NCBI GenBank assembly: GCA_013002865.1
Contig: JABDLU010000202.1
Location: 1,062-65,061 of the forward strand
Source of the DNA: Acidimicrobiia bacterium
Lineage (GTDB): Bacteria > Actinomycetota > Acidimicrobiia > Spongiisociales > SHLN01
Reading direction: 5' to 3'
Length of the DNA stretch: 64,000 bases
A model generated the notes under the pieces. The model saw only the letters and a program-made list of their open reading frames with translations, ran no database searches and had not been told where the DNA came from. A program made the translations under genes and the position numbers. Below are positions 46,185 through 56,978 of this stretch, in pieces. Position 1 is the stretch's first letter; the number at the start of each line of letters is the position of its first letter.

Positions 46185-47117
46185 TCATTGGATGAGCGAG
46201 CCGATGCGCTGCACGGCCTCGTCGACGTCGGCCACGTGGCTGAAGGAGTGGACCTCGGAGTGGGGCACCGTCCGCTTCGCCATCGTGGCGGTGACGTTGC
46301 CGGGACCGATGTGCAGGAACATGCGCACGCCGGCGTCTCCCATGCCGCTGAGGGTTTGGGTGAACCGCACCGGCCCCACCACCTGCTGCAGAAGCGTGGT
46401 GCGCGGATCCTCGACCGGCCGGGCGGTCAGGTTGGCCCACACCGGGAAGGCGGCCTCGCCAAACTCGACTCGATCGAGTGCGTCGGCCAGCGGGCCGACC
46501 GCCGTCTCCATGAACGGCGTGTGGAAGGCACCGGCCACCTTGAGCGGGATCACCTTGCGGGCCCCGAAGTCGGCGGCCCGTTCGGCGAGCCAGTCAAGAT
46601 CGTGGGCGCCGCCCGCCAGCACCACCTGGCCGGGCCCGTTGAAGTTGGCAACCCATAGCCGCCCGCCGGCGGCCCGGCGCTCCATGGCGGCCTTTTCGGC
46701 GGCGTCGTCGTCGATGCCGAGCACCGCCGCCATGCCGGACGGCTCGCGACCGGCCGCCTCGGCCATGGCCCGGCCCCGGGCGGCCACCAGTTCGAGGCCG
46801 GCCTGGAAATCGATGACTCCGGCGGCGGTCAGCGCGGTGTACTCCCCCAGCGAATGCCCGGCGGCCGCAAACGGCGCTTCGCCGACCAGCGGCGCCAGCT
46901 CGTGCCACAAGGCATAGGAAAGCGCATAGATCGCCGGCTGAACGTGATCGGTCCGGAGCAACTCGGACTCGGGACCGTTCAGGCAAAGGTCGCGGAGGGA
47001 CCAGCCGAGGATGTCGTCGGCCTGGGGCCCGAGCAGGTCGGGGTGGCGGTCGAACAGGTCCGCCCCCATGCCGACGTGCTGAATTCCCTGACCGGGAAAG
47101 AGGATCGCGAATGTCAC
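46185..47117 (-). CDS. fabD: Malonyl-CoA:ACP transacylase
   Basis: FPGQG, GHSLGE, GAFHT. Confidence 0.96.
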   Translation of the reverse strand: MTFAILFPGQGIQHVGMGADLFDRHPDLLGPQADDILGWSLRDLCLNGPESELLRTDHVQPAIYALSYALWHELAPLVGEAPFAAAGHSLGEYTALTAAGVIDFQAGLELVAARGRAMAEAAGREPSGMAAVLGIDDDAAEKAAMERRAAGGRLWVANFNGPGQVVLAGGAHDLDWLAERAADFGARKVIPLKVAGAFHTPFMETAVGPLADALDRVEFGEAAFPVWANLTARPVEDPRTTLLQQVVGPVRFTQTLSGMGDAGVRMFLHIGPGNVTATMAKRTVPHSEVHSFSHVADVDEAVQRIGSLIQ

Positions 47118-47252
47118 GGGCTTTCGACTCCTCGCAGCAGCTGCGGGTTACCGGGGCCCACACACGCCGGTGGGACGATTGTAGGGGTGGCTACTCGTCT
47201 CTGCCGGGGTTCGACCCTAAAGTCCCGCAGTGCGCCAACCGAGGTCCTCACG

Positions 47253-49376
47253 ATGATTGTCGACATTCCCCATACGCCAGGAGCCCAGATCGCCCTCCCC
47301 GAGGAGTTCGACCGGCTCTACGACATCGCCAACAACCTGTGGTGGGCCTGGGACGACGAGGCCAGCGAACTGTGGGCGCGCATCGATGCCCAGCGTTGGC
47401 ATGACGTGCAGAACCCGATTTCGTTCCTGCAGGGCGTCGAGCCAACCACCTGGGAGTCGCTGAGCGCCGACGCCCGGTTCATCGAGTCCTATAGCAAGGT
47501 CGTTCGCCGCTTCGACTCCTACATGGCGGCCGACGACACCTGGTTCGAGGACCAGAACTTCGAGATGCCGGGGCCGATTGCCTACCTCTGTACCGAGTAC
47601 GGGCTCCAGACCCGACTCCCGTTCTATTCCGGCGGCCTGGGCGTTCTGGCCGGCGACCACCTCAAGACGGCGTCCGATCTCGGCATTCCCATGCTGGCGG
47701 TGGGGCTCCTCTACCGGCGGGGCTACTTCCGCCAGGCCGTCGACCCAGGGGGCGGCCAGCAGCACTATTACCCCGCCCTCGACATCTCGCGACGCCCGAT
47801 CCACCCCATCGTCGGCCGGGGCGGCTCCCAGCTGCAAGTCGAGCTCGACTTTCCCGGCCGCAGCGTGATGGCGACCGCCTGGAAGCTCCAGGTCGGCCGG
47901 GTCCCTCTGATCATGCTGGACACCGACGTCGCCGAGAATGATCCGGCCGACCGGACGATCACCCATCACCTGTACGTCCGGGGCCGCGACATGCGCCTCG
48001 CCCAGGAGCTGGTGCTGGGGGTTGGCGCCGTCAAGGTGCTGCGCAAACTGGAGATCACACCGGCCGCCTGGCACGTCAACGAGGGCCACGCCGCCTTCAG
48101 CGTGCTGGAACGGACCGCCCGGCGCCTCCGGGAGGGCACCGGGTTCGACGAAGCCCAGCGCCAGGTGCGGGCCAAGACCCTGTTCACGCTGCACACACCG
48201 GTACCGGCCGGAAACGAGCGCTTCGATCTCGGCGCCGTACAGCGCTACACCGACTACCTGTTCCCCGAGATCGACGCCGCCACTATCGCCAAGCTTGGCC
48301 GCGCCAACGAGCACGACGAGGGCGCCTTCGACATGGGGGCGCTGGCGATCAGGTTTGCTTCCTACGTCAACGGCGTCAGCGCGCGCCACGGCGAGGTTGC
48401 CACCCAGCAGTGGAGCCATCTGATCGGCGGACCGGCCGACTCGGTCACCAACGGCGTACACGTGCCGACGTGGATCGGCCATTCCATCAACCGGGTATTC
48501 ACCGAGGCCGTCGGGACCGACTGGCCGTCTCATCTGACCGCTCAGAAGAAGTGGGAGGCGATCCGGGACGTGCCAGACGATGAGCTGTGGCACGCCCACC
48601 TGGCGCAGAAGAACGCCATGACCCGCCAGGTGCGGCGCCGCCAGATGGCCGAGTTCAGCCGTCATGGTGCCAGCCCGGACGTGCTTCGCGAGGTCCGCGA
48701 CATGCTGCCGGCCGATCGACTCACGATTGGGTTCGCCCGACGGTTCGCCACCTACAAGCGCGCCACGCTGCTGCTGCAGGATCTCCCCCGACTGCAGGCG
48801 ATCATGACGAATCCGGAACGCCCGGTGCAGTTCATCTTTGCCGGCAAGGCCCACCCGGCCGACACCGGTGGGCAGGAACTCATCCGTCGCGTAGTCGAGC
48901 TCTCGCAGCGGCCCGAGTTCCGGGGCCACCTGTTCTTCGTGGAGGACTACGACATGGCGGTCGGCCGGCTACTGACCGGCGGGTGCGACGTCTGGCTCAA
49001 CAACCCGGTGCCTCCCAAGGAGGCGAGCGGCACCTCCGGCATGAAGTCGTCGATGAACGGCGGTCTCAACCTGAGCGTGCCGGACGGCTGGTGGGCCGAA
49101 GGAGCCCATCCGGGCCAGAACGGCTGGACCTTCGGGCCGGATGGCCTCGAGCCCCACGGCGACGACTCCGATGCCGGCGGCCTGTACAGCCTGCTCGAGA
49201 ACGACGTGGTTCCCCTTTTCTACGACCGGGACGGTGACGGCGTTCCCAAGGGCTGGGTGCAAATGATGAAGGAGGCCATCGTGACGTCGGTGTTCGACTT
49301 CTCGACCCACCGCATGCTGATGGACTACGCCGCCAAGGCCTACTTCCCGCTCACCACGGCCGGGCTGGAGCAGTAG
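47253..49376 (+). CDS. glgP: Alpha-glucan phosphorylase
   Basis: YSGGLGVLAGD, NEGH, FARRFATYKR, EASGTSGMK (PLP lysine). Confidence 0.96.
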   Translation: MIVDIPHTPGAQIALPEEFDRLYDIANNLWWAWDDEASELWARIDAQRWHDVQNPISFLQGVEPTTWESLSADARFIESYSKVVRRFDSYMAADDTWFEDQNFEMPGPIAYLCTEYGLQTRLPFYSGGLGVLAGDHLKTASDLGIPMLAVGLLYRRGYFRQAVDPGGGQQHYYPALDISRRPIHPIVGRGGSQLQVELDFPGRSVMATAWKLQVGRVPLIMLDTDVAENDPADRTITHHLYVRGRDMRLAQELVLGVGAVKVLRKLEITPAAWHVNEGHAAFSVLERTARRLREGTGFDEAQRQVRAKTLFTLHTPVPAGNERFDLGAVQRYTDYLFPEIDAATIAKLGRANEHDEGAFDMGALAIRFASYVNGVSARHGEVATQQWSHLIGGPADSVTNGVHVPTWIGHSINRVFTEAVGTDWPSHLTAQKKWEAIRDVPDDELWHAHLAQKNAMTRQVRRRQMAEFSRHGASPDVLREVRDMLPADRLTIGFARRFATYKRATLLLQDLPRLQAIMTNPERPVQFIFAGKAHPADTGGQELIRRVVELSQRPEFRGHLFFVEDYDMAVGRLLTGGCDVWLNNPVPPKEASGTSGMKSSMNGGLNLSVPDGWWAEGAHPGQNGWTFGPDGLEPHGDDSDAGGLYSLLENDVVPLFYDRDGDGVPKGWVQMMKEAIVTSVFDFSTHRMLMDYAAKAYFPLTTAGLEQ

Positions 49377-49383
49377 CCGCCGG

Positions 49384-50556
49384 CTAGAGCTTGTCGAGCG
49401 CCTTGCGGATGCCCTTCACCGCCTGGGCGGTCCGGTGCTCGTTTTCCACCAGGGCGAAACGCACGTAGCCCTCGCCGGATGGACCGAACCCGATGCCGGG
49501 GCTCACCGCCACCCGCGCCTCGCGCAGCAGGTATTTGGCGAACTCGAGCGATCCCATGTCGGCGTACGGCCCGGGGATCTCGGCCCAGACGAACATCGTT
49601 GCCACCGGCTTCTCCACCTTCCAGCCGGCCCGGTTGAGCCCGTCGACCAGCACATCGCGCCGCTTCTTGTAGATCGCCGAGACCTGGGCCGGATAGGCAT
49701 CCTGCTCGTTTAGGGCGATGATCGACGCGATCTGGATGGGTTGAAAGGTGCCGTAGTCCAGGTAGGACTTGAGCTTGGCGAGGGCGGCGACCGCCGGGGC
49801 GTTGCCGACGACGAAGCCGACCCGCCACCCGGCCATCGAGTGTCCCTTGGTCAAGGTGTACAGCTCCACTCCCACCTCTTTGGCGCCCGGCACCTGCAGC
49901 AAAGACGGCGGCACATAGCCGTCGTAGTGCACGTCCGCATAGGCGAAGTCGTTGACCAGAAAGACGTCGTTCTCGTGCGCGAACGCCACCAGCCGCTCGA
50001 AGAACTCCAGCTCGACGACGGCGGTAGTCGGGTTGTGGGGGAAGGAGGTGAGGATCACCCGGGGGCGGGGCCAGCTCTGGGCGAACTCGTGGCGGAGCCG
50101 TTCGAAAAAATCCTCGTCCAGGCTGAGATGCACGCTGCGGACCTCGGCCCCGGCCAGCACGGGTGCATAGATGTGAATTGGATAGGACGGCTCGGGCACG
50201 AGGGCCACATCGCCCGGCTGAACCAGGGTCCACATCAGGTGGGCAAGCCCTTCCTTGGCCCCGATGGTGGTGATCGCCTCGGTGTCAGGATCGATCGTGA
50301 CGCCGAAGCGGCGCTGATAGCGATCGGCGATTGCCTTGCGGAGATTGGGGATGCCCCGCGAAGCCGAGTACCGGTGGTTCTTACCCTGCCGGGCGGCCTC
50401 GACGAGCTTGTCCACGACGGCCGGGGGCGACGGAATATCCGGGTTGCCGAATCCGAGGTCGACGATGTCGGCCCCGGCCCGGCGGGCGTCCAGCTTCAGC
50501 TGGTTCACCTCAGCGAAGACGTAGGGCGGGAGGTTAGAAATGCGGCGAAACTCCAT
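49384..50556 (-). CDS. alaC: Class I/II aminotransferase (AlaC-like)
   Basis: [35 protein letters not shown]. Confidence 0.85.
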   Translation of the reverse strand: MEFRRISNLPPYVFAEVNQLKLDARRAGADIVDLGFGNPDIPSPPAVVDKLVEAARQGKNHRYSASRGIPNLRKAIADRYQRRFGVTIDPDTEAITTIGAKEGLAHLMWTLVQPGDVALVPEPSYPIHIYAPVLAGAEVRSVHLSLDEDFFERLRHEFAQSWPRPRVILTSFPHNPTTAVVELEFFERLVAFAHENDVFLVNDFAYADVHYDGYVPPSLLQVPGAKEVGVELYTLTKGHSMAGWRVGFVVGNAPAVAALAKLKSYLDYGTFQPIQIASIIALNEQDAYPAQVSAIYKKRRDVLVDGLNRAGWKVEKPVATMFVWAEIPGPYADMGSLEFAKYLLREARVAVSPGIGFGPSGEGYVRFALVENEHRTAQAVKGIRKALDKL

Positions 50557-50600
50557 CCCGCCAAGGTAGCGGGACCGGCCCGAAATGCGATGAGATTCGC

Positions 50601-50990
50601 TCAGAAGCCGCGCAGGTAGCGCTTCACCGCCCGGCGGACCGGCCACGGCACGAGCGAGGCGCCCCACTCGATCACCCCCGAGACGATCTCGAGCACGTCC
50701 CCGGTGCCGTCCCAGTGCTCGTGAACTATGGCTTCGCCGGCCGATTCGAACATGGCATTGAGCGCAAAGGCGAGGATCATCAGGTCGTCGGCCCGTCCCA
50801 GGAACGGAATGAAGTCGGGGACGAAGTCGACCGGAGCAACGACGTAGCCGAGCGCGGCGCCCAGAAAAACTTTGTGTTTGGTGGAGACTCGCGGATCCTT
50901 CATCAGGCGATATCCGAGCGTCACGAGATTGGGCACTGCGGTGAGGGCTTTCTCGACCGCCGGGCTCCGGGAACTGGCCATGTCCGTCAT
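50601..50990 (-). CDS. DUF1232 (YkvA) domain protein
   Basis: [21 protein letters not shown]. Confidence 0.9.
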   Translation of the reverse strand: MTDMASSRSPAVEKALTAVPNLVTLGYRLMKDPRVSTKHKVFLGAALGYVVAPVDFVPDFIPFLGRADDLMILAFALNAMFESAGEAIVHEHWDGTGDVLEIVSGVIEWGASLVPWPVRRAVKRYLRGF

Positions 50991-51002
50991 GAGCGTGGCA
51001 GG

Positions 51003-51230
51003 TTAGTGACCGGCGTCCGGTTCCTGGGCCAGCAGATCCCGGGCCTGGACCTCATCGGACCCCAGCACCATCAGGCGCACCCCCCGGGTGAAATTCAGCT
51101 CGGGATGGATGCCGCCGGCGTTGTCGGTCTTCAAGTAGGCCTTGAGCCCGGCCGCCCGCAGCCGGGCACAGGCGATCTCGCCTTCCATGGCGGTGAAGTA
51201 GCGGCCGACCTCGACGATGTCATCGGTCAC
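51003..51230 (-). CDS. DUF2007 putative signal-transducing protein
   Basis: GTG start [22 protein letters not shown]...[14 protein letters not shown]. Confidence 0.8.
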   Translation of the reverse strand: MTDDIVEVGRYFTAMEGEIACARLRAAGLKAYLKTDNAGGIHPELNFTRGVRLMVLGSDEVQARDLLAQEPDAGH

Positions 51231-51240
51231 GGCGGACCGC

Positions 51241-51414
51241 CTACTCGATGTCGATGTGGACGACCCGATGCTCGGTGTCCTTGTCGTCCGGGCCACGCAG
51301 CTCTTCGAGAGCGGCGCTGACGGCCGCCAGCACTTCGGACACCGCCTTGACCAGGTGGTAGCCGGCTCGCTGGGCCGCTCGCTTGATGCGCTCTTCTTCT
51401 TCCTCGGGGCTCAT
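51241..51414 (-). CDS. Unannotated 57-aa protein (possibly DUF5304-like)
   Basis: Hand-translated MSPEEEEERIKRAAQRAGYHLVKAVSEVLAAVSAALEELRGPDDKDTEHRVVHIDIE; ATGA overlap with the arsA stop; RBS for the next gene follows its TAG. Confidence 0.75.
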   Translation of the reverse strand: MSPEEEEERIKRAAQRAGYHLVKAVSEVLAAVSAALEELRGPDDKDTEHRVVHIDIE

Positions 51415-52580
51415 CCGGGCTCTCCAAACGTCACTCGCAGGACGCCGCCTTCCAGCTTGGCCCGGCGCACCACCCGCCGGCGGAGGGAGTCCGGCAGGAT
51501 GAAGGCCCGCCGGTACGTCCCGACGGTGATGATCAGCTCTTCTCCGTACCGGACGACGTCCACTTCACTCTTGTCGGCAAACGGCACCGCCATAGCAAGC
51601 ACAACGTCGTCGCCGTCGTCGAGCACCTGAAACGGCTCAGAGTCCGACAGGCGGCTCGTCGGATCGATGTCGCCGTACAACTCGTCGCCAAGCAGGCGCA
51701 GCTTGTCGACGCCCACCATCTCCTCGTCGAACAGGCGCAGCCGGCGGATATCAACGTCGGCGAAGCCGTCTTCGATGTCTTCCAGATACTCCGCCTGAAC
51801 TTCCTGCCAGCGCTTGAAATATGGGTCCGTGATGGCGTCGGGCAGGACCCGGTTTACCACCACCCCGTCGACCGCATAGCCGAACAGGCCGAGATAGGTG
51901 TAGGTGCGGCGCGCCTCGTTGATCACCATCTTCTCGGGGTTGAGGACCAGCCGGGCGCTGGTCACGAACGGGTTGGTGAGGATGTCGCGTACCCCCTGGA
52001 TGCGGCCGTAGAACCCCTCCGCGGCGTCGAACACCTCGTCACCGGCGATGGGGATGGACACCACCTTGCTGAGGACGGGGCGCATGGCTTTGACCACCTT
52101 GCGCTCGACCGGGAAGATCTTGTCCATGTACCAGCCGAGGATCTCAGGGAGCGACAACAGCCGCAGCGTCTCGGCGGTCGGCGCACAGTCGACGACGAGC
52201 AAGTCGTAGGTGCCGGAGACGGCGTGGTCTTTGACATCGGCCAGGGCGAACAACTCGTCCATGCCGGGGAACACCGACAGCTCCTCAGCCTCGATGCCGC
52301 GCAGCCCGCTCCAATCGAACAGGTCGGTCAGGTACTCGCGCACCTCTCCCCAGTACTGCTCGAGCCGGTGCTGGGAGTCGATTTGCTGGGCAACCAGGTT
52401 GTCCGAGACCTCGATCGGCTCGTCGCCCAGTTTCATGTTGAAGGCGTCGGCCAGGCTGTGGGCCGGGTCGGTGGACATGACCAGCGTGCGGTGGCCGCGG
52501 TCGGCGGCCTTGAGAGCGGTGGCGGCGGCAACGGTGGTCTTACCGACCCCTCCCTTGCCGGTGACGAGCAGGACACGCAT
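51411..52580 (-). CDS. ArsA/Get3-family ATPase with C-terminal HSP20-like domain
   Basis: GKGGVGKTT, STDPAHSL, PGMDE, DCAPT; C-terminal ELIITVGTYRRAFILP...AKLEGGVLRVTF. Confidence 0.92.
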   Translation of the reverse strand: MRVLLVTGKGGVGKTTVAAATALKAADRGHRTLVMSTDPAHSLADAFNMKLGDEPIEVSDNLVAQQIDSQHRLEQYWGEVREYLTDLFDWSGLRGIEAEELSVFPGMDELFALADVKDHAVSGTYDLLVVDCAPTAETLRLLSLPEILGWYMDKIFPVERKVVKAMRPVLSKVVSIPIAGDEVFDAAEGFYGRIQGVRDILTNPFVTSARLVLNPEKMVINEARRTYTYLGLFGYAVDGVVVNRVLPDAITDPYFKRWQEVQAEYLEDIEDGFADVDIRRLRLFDEEMVGVDKLRLLGDELYGDIDPTSRLSDSEPFQVLDDGDDVVLAMAVPFADKSEVDVVRYGEELIITVGTYRRAFILPDSLRRRVVRRAKLEGGVLRVTFGEPG

Positions 52581-53032
52581 CAGTCGGCGGCCGAGGCCAG
52601 CTCCTCTGCTCGATCCCGCAATCCCCGCAGCGCGGTGCCGACGATCTGCTTCTCGGCCTGGCGGCGCAGCATGCCGGGGACCTTGAAGTTGGGCTCGACC
52701 CGCAGCGCGTACACCACCTCGGTGCCGCCGTCCTCGAGGTCGTAGAACTCGTAGCGGCCCTCCATGGTTGCGATGTCGTCACCGGGCTCGGCGGTCCATT
52801 CGATCTTGGCGATCCCGTCGTAGGTGTAGTTGAGGACGTAGGTGATGGTGCGGATCATGCCGTCGACCACCAGACGGGCCCGGGCGGGGGTGCCGTCCTC
52901 GTTGACCGCGAGCACTTCGGTCTCGCGCACCCCGGTAGCCCACTCCGGGAAGTTCTCGACGTGGGCGGCGACGTCGAAGACGATCTCCGCCGGGGCGGAA
53001 ACTTCGATTGTCTGAACGGTGCCCTCAGCCAT
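52580..53032 (-). CDS. SRPBCC/START-fold protein
   Basis: IEVSAPAEIVFDVAAHVENFPEW; C-terminal helix ALRGLRDRAE. Confidence 0.9.
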   Translation of the reverse strand: MAEGTVQTIEVSAPAEIVFDVAAHVENFPEWATGVRETEVLAVNEDGTPARARLVVDGMIRTITYVLNYTYDGIAKIEWTAEPGDDIATMEGRYEFYDLEDGGTEVVYALRVEPNFKVPGMLRRQAEKQIVGTALRGLRDRAEELASAAD

Positions 53033-53071
53033 AGTGCTCCTCGATCGCCCAAAGGCTAGCGAGGGGCCGAT

Positions 53072-53836
53072 TCAGGCGGAGGGGAGCTGAACCCCGCGCC
53101 CGGTCGCCCGGAAGTAGCCGACGTTCCGGCACCGGGTCTTTCCGACCCGCCAGTGTGTGGCCTGGGGCTGGTGGACATCGCCGAAGAAATGGAAGCGGGG
53201 TTGGTGGGCGGTCAGGTACTCCAGCACGGCCGGCGAGCCCTTCGACATTCCCCCGACAACGTCGCGCTGCAGGGCCGGAATCGCCGGGGCGACGTGCGTG
53301 CAGAGCACATCGACCGGACCAAGCGCATCGAGCCGGCGGCCCATCTCCTGATCTTCCAGCTCCCCGGGCACATTCAGTCCCGACCGCACGCCGCCACCAA
53401 CGATGCCGACGACATACCCCTCGATCTCGAGCCGGTCGTGCTCGATGAAGCGGCTCCCGGCGGGCAGATGGCGGGTAAGCACATCGACCCGGTCGACATT
53501 GCCGTAGGTGACATAAGCGTCGGCGCCGGAGAGGGCCCCCATGATGTCGATGTAGGCCTCCTCGACCAGCTCGGTGTGGCGGCGCCGCAACTCGTCCTCC
53601 CGGCCTTCGGCCCGCTGCTGCCACAGCGCCCGGGCGTCGTCGAAGCGTCCCTCCATGCGCAGCCCGACCAGGTCGGCGACGAAGTCCCGCCCGGAGAGCT
53701 CGGCCAGGATGCCGTCGAAATTCCGATAGTCGGTGAAGTTGATCAGATCGCCCAGCACGAGCAGAGGCTCATCGATGGATTCAACGAGCGTGCGGAGCTT
53801 GCTGCTGGCGCCGTGCACATCGGCGACGAGGATCAT
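53072..53836 (-). CDS. Metallophosphoesterase
   Basis: DVH, GDLIN, YGNVD, THV, GDVHQP. Confidence 0.88.
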   Translation of the reverse strand: MILVADVHGASSKLRTLVESIDEPLLVLGDLINFTDYRNFDGILAELSGRDFVADLVGLRMEGRFDDARALWQQRAEGREDELRRRHTELVEEAYIDIMGALSGADAYVTYGNVDRVDVLTRHLPAGSRFIEHDRLEIEGYVVGIVGGGVRSGLNVPGELEDQEMGRRLDALGPVDVLCTHVAPAIPALQRDVVGGMSKGSPAVLEYLTAHQPRFHFFGDVHQPQATHWRVGKTRCRNVGYFRATGRGVQLPSA

Positions 53837-54108
53837 GGAGCGAGCCGGGCGATGGCGCCGGCCGCGATCGCCCCGACGATGGCAGCGCCGGCAGTTGCCG
53901 CGGTCGGCCATCCGGCGTAGGCGGCCGACAATCCGGCCATCCCGAAGCCAAACACGCCCGCCACCGCAGTGCGCCCGTTCGTCCCGAGGCGCTCATCGGG
54001 GTCGATCCCCTCCCAGCCGTCGACCGAGGCGGCAACGGCCGAGGTGATGATCCAGCCGAGCAGCCCGAGAAAGCCAACCCCCAGGGCAATGGCGAACACG
54101 GCTCTCAT
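53833..54108 (-). CDS. Hypothetical small membrane protein
   Basis: Three hydrophobic segments; stop overlaps the next start (ATGA). Confidence 0.65.
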   Translation of the reverse strand: MRAVFAIALGVGFLGLLGWIITSAVAASVDGWEGIDPDERLGTNGRTAVAGVFGFGMAGLSAAYAGWPTAATAGAAIVGAIAAGAIARLAP

Positions 54109-54145
54109 GCGGGAAACTCCATATCGTCAGCGTACCGACCCCCGG

Positions 54146-55261
54146 TCACGAGCCCTCCGATTCGTAAAGCGCCCGCTCGATTTCAGCCAGTGCCTCCGGA
54201 TCGCTCTCGTGCCGCAGGGCATCGCTGAGCGCCGCTCGAGCCATGGGCCCGCCGATGCGGCCGAGCGCCCACGCCGCCTGGGTCCGGACGAATGCGGCGT
54301 CGGAGTGGAGCTGATCGACCACAGCCGGAACGGCCCGGCTGTCGCCGCTGTGCCCAAGGGCTATCACCGCATTGCGGCGCAGGTAGTGGGGGTCGCGGCG
54401 GGGAATATAGAAATGTCCGAACTCCTCGAGCAGCGCCTCGTCCGAGGTTTCCAGAATGTCGACAAGGTCGACCCGGCCGGCCGGGGTGGACGACCCGGCG
54501 GCCAGCCGCTGCCCGGGTGGGCAGGCGTCCAGGCAGTCGTCACACCCGTAGAAGCGATCCCCCCACGCCGACCGCACCTCCGGCGGGATCGGACCCGGTG
54601 TCTGCGCCCAGTAGGAGATGCACTTGGTGGCGTCGAGTACGCCTTCGGTGTCGAGGGCCCCGGTCGGGCACGCCGGGATGCAGGCCGTGCAGGTGCCGCA
54701 GTCACGCACCATCGGGTCGGCAACCGGGAGGGGCGCATCGGTGACGATCGATCCCAGCAGCAGCCACGGGCCGAAGCGGGGCGCCAGCGCCATCGTGCTC
54801 TTGCCCCACCAGGCAACGCCCGCTCGCACGGCCGCCGCTCGATCAACGAGCCGGTTGTCATCGACCAGAACCTCGGCCCGGTGACCGGCCGAGCGCAGCA
54901 GCCCGGCCAGGTGGACGAGGGCCGACCGGAGCGGGGCATAGTGGTCGGCAGTGGCGAAGCGGGCGATCCGGCCCGTGTTGGAGACCGGCGGTCCCGGATC
55001 ACCGGCGGCGGGAAGATAGCCGACGCTGCCAACCACGAGGCGCTCGGCCCACTGGTAGGTCTGTCGGATATCGGTGGCGGCGTGGGGGTCCCGGTAAGTG
55101 AAGCGGGCCCGGCCGGCTTCGCCCGACGTCAGCCGGCGCTCCATCTCGGTACGAGTGTCGGCGAATGGCTCAACCCGGCACACGCCGAATCCGGCCAGAC
55201 CGGCCTGCTGTGCTCCCGCCTGCAGCCGCGCGTGAAGGTCGGCGAGTCCGGTTGACACCAT
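54146..55261 (-). CDS. queG: tRNA epoxyqueuosine reductase
   Basis: CGTCTACIPACP, CISY, GCDDCLDACP, RRNA plus HEAT-like C-terminus. Confidence 0.9.
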   Translation of the reverse strand: MVSTGLADLHARLQAGAQQAGLAGFGVCRVEPFADTRTEMERRLTSGEAGRARFTYRDPHAATDIRQTYQWAERLVVGSVGYLPAAGDPGPPVSNTGRIARFATADHYAPLRSALVHLAGLLRSAGHRAEVLVDDNRLVDRAAAVRAGVAWWGKSTMALAPRFGPWLLLGSIVTDAPLPVADPMVRDCGTCTACIPACPTGALDTEGVLDATKCISYWAQTPGPIPPEVRSAWGDRFYGCDDCLDACPPGQRLAAGSSTPAGRVDLVDILETSDEALLEEFGHFYIPRRDPHYLRRNAVIALGHSGDSRAVPAVVDQLHSDAAFVRTQAAWALGRIGGPMARAALSDALRHESDPEALAEIERALYESEGS

Positions 55262-55295
55262 CCCGGCAGGCTATCGGGGCACCTAACATGCGCGG

Positions 55296-56975
55296 ATGGC
55301 AGACCTCAACCGCACGAGCCGCCGGATCACCCAGGAAGCCGCTCAGGGCGGGTCCCAGGCCATGCTGTATGCCACCGGTCTCAGCGAGGCCGACATGAAC
55401 AAGGCGCAGGTCGGCATCGCCTCCATGTGGTACGACGGCAATCCCTGCAACATGCACCTCAACGATCTGGCCGCCCAGGTCAAAGAGGGTATGACCGCGG
55501 TCGGTCTGGTGGGAATGCGGTTCAACACCATCGGGGTCTCAGACGGGATATCGATGGGCACCGACGGCATGAGCTACTCACTGCAGAGCCGCGACCTCAA
55601 CGCCGACTCGATCGAGACCGTGATGCGGGCTCAGTGGTACGACGCCAACGTGTCGATCCCCGGCTGTGACAAGAATATGCCCGGCTCGCTTATGGCGATG
55701 GGTCGGGTCGATCGGCCGTCGTTGATGATCTACGGCGGAACCATCCGGGCCGGCTTCTCACCCGGGGGCGAGGCGCTCGACATCGTCTCAGCGTTCCAGG
55801 CGTATGGGGAGCAGCTGGCCGACCGTATCACCGAGGAGGAGCGCTTCGACATCGTACGCCACGCCTGCCCGGGTGCCGGCGCCTGCGGCGGCATGTACAC
55901 GGCCAACACGATGGCGTCCGCCATCGAAGCCCTGGGGATGAGCCTCCCCTACAGCTCCTCTACCCCGGCGACCGATCCGCTCAAGCTCGACGAGTGCCAC
56001 CGGGCCGGACAGGCGATACGCCACCTGCTGGAGGAGAACATCCGGCCGAGCGACATCATGACGAGGGCGGCGTTCGAGAATGCCATGGCGGCGACGATGG
56101 CCCTGGGCGGCTCGACCAACTCCGTCCTTCACCTGATCGCGATGGCGCGTTCAGTGGGAGTCGACCTGACGCTGGACGACTTCCAGGCGGTCAGCGACCG
56201 GGTTCCGTTCCTGGCCGACCTCAAGCCGAGCGGCCGCTATGTGATGGAAGACCTGCACCAGGTCGGCGGGACACCGGCCGTCCTCAAACTGCTGCTGGAG
56301 CACGGGGCAATCGACGGCGACTGCCTCACCGTCACGGGCAAGACCCTGGCTGAGAACCTCGCGGGCGTTCCAGGATTAGCGGAGGGCCAGGATGTCGTGC
56401 AGCCGTGGGGCGAGCCGATCAAGGATTCCGGCCATATTCAGATCCTGCGAGGCAGCCTCGCCCCGGACGGCGCCGTCGCCAAGATCACCGGCAAGGAAGG
56501 CGTGCGCTTCACCGGCCCGGCCCGCCCGTTCGACAGCGAAGAGGACATGCTGGCCGCCGTCGAAGCCGACCAGATCGGCCCGGGGGACGTCGTGGTGATC
56601 CGCTACGAGGGCCCGAAGGGGGGTCCCGGAATGCCGGAGATGCTCACGCCGACGTCGGTGATCATGGGGGCCGGCCTCGGCGCCGAGGTCGCCTTGATAA
56701 CCGACGGCCGCTTCTCGGGCGGCTCCCACGGGTTCATCGTCGGCCACGTGACGCCGGAGGCTCAGGACGGCGGGCCGATCGCCCTCGTCGAGGAGGGGGA
56801 CACGGTCACCATCGACGCGACGACCCGGACGATCGAGGTCGAGGTCGACGACGCTGAACTGAGCCGGCGGCGGGCTGCCTGGTCACCCCCGCCGCTCAAG
56901 GCGACACGGGGCACGCTGGCGAAGTACATACGGACGGTGAGGCCGGCATCGGAGGGGTGCGTCACAGACGAATAG
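55296..56975 (+). CDS. ilvD: Dihydroxy-acid dehydratase
   Basis: [37 protein letters not shown]. Confidence 0.97.
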   Translation: MADLNRTSRRITQEAAQGGSQAMLYATGLSEADMNKAQVGIASMWYDGNPCNMHLNDLAAQVKEGMTAVGLVGMRFNTIGVSDGISMGTDGMSYSLQSRDLNADSIETVMRAQWYDANVSIPGCDKNMPGSLMAMGRVDRPSLMIYGGTIRAGFSPGGEALDIVSAFQAYGEQLADRITEEERFDIVRHACPGAGACGGMYTANTMASAIEALGMSLPYSSSTPATDPLKLDECHRAGQAIRHLLEENIRPSDIMTRAAFENAMAATMALGGSTNSVLHLIAMARSVGVDLTLDDFQAVSDRVPFLADLKPSGRYVMEDLHQVGGTPAVLKLLLEHGAIDGDCLTVTGKTLAENLAGVPGLAEGQDVVQPWGEPIKDSGHIQILRGSLAPDGAVAKITGKEGVRFTGPARPFDSEEDMLAAVEADQIGPGDVVVIRYEGPKGGPGMPEMLTPTSVIMGAGLGAEVALITDGRFSGGSHGFIVGHVTPEAQDGGPIALVEEGDTVTIDATTRTIEVEVDDAELSRRRAAWSPPPLKATRGTLAKYIRTVRPASEGCVTDE

Positions 56976-56978
56976 TCG

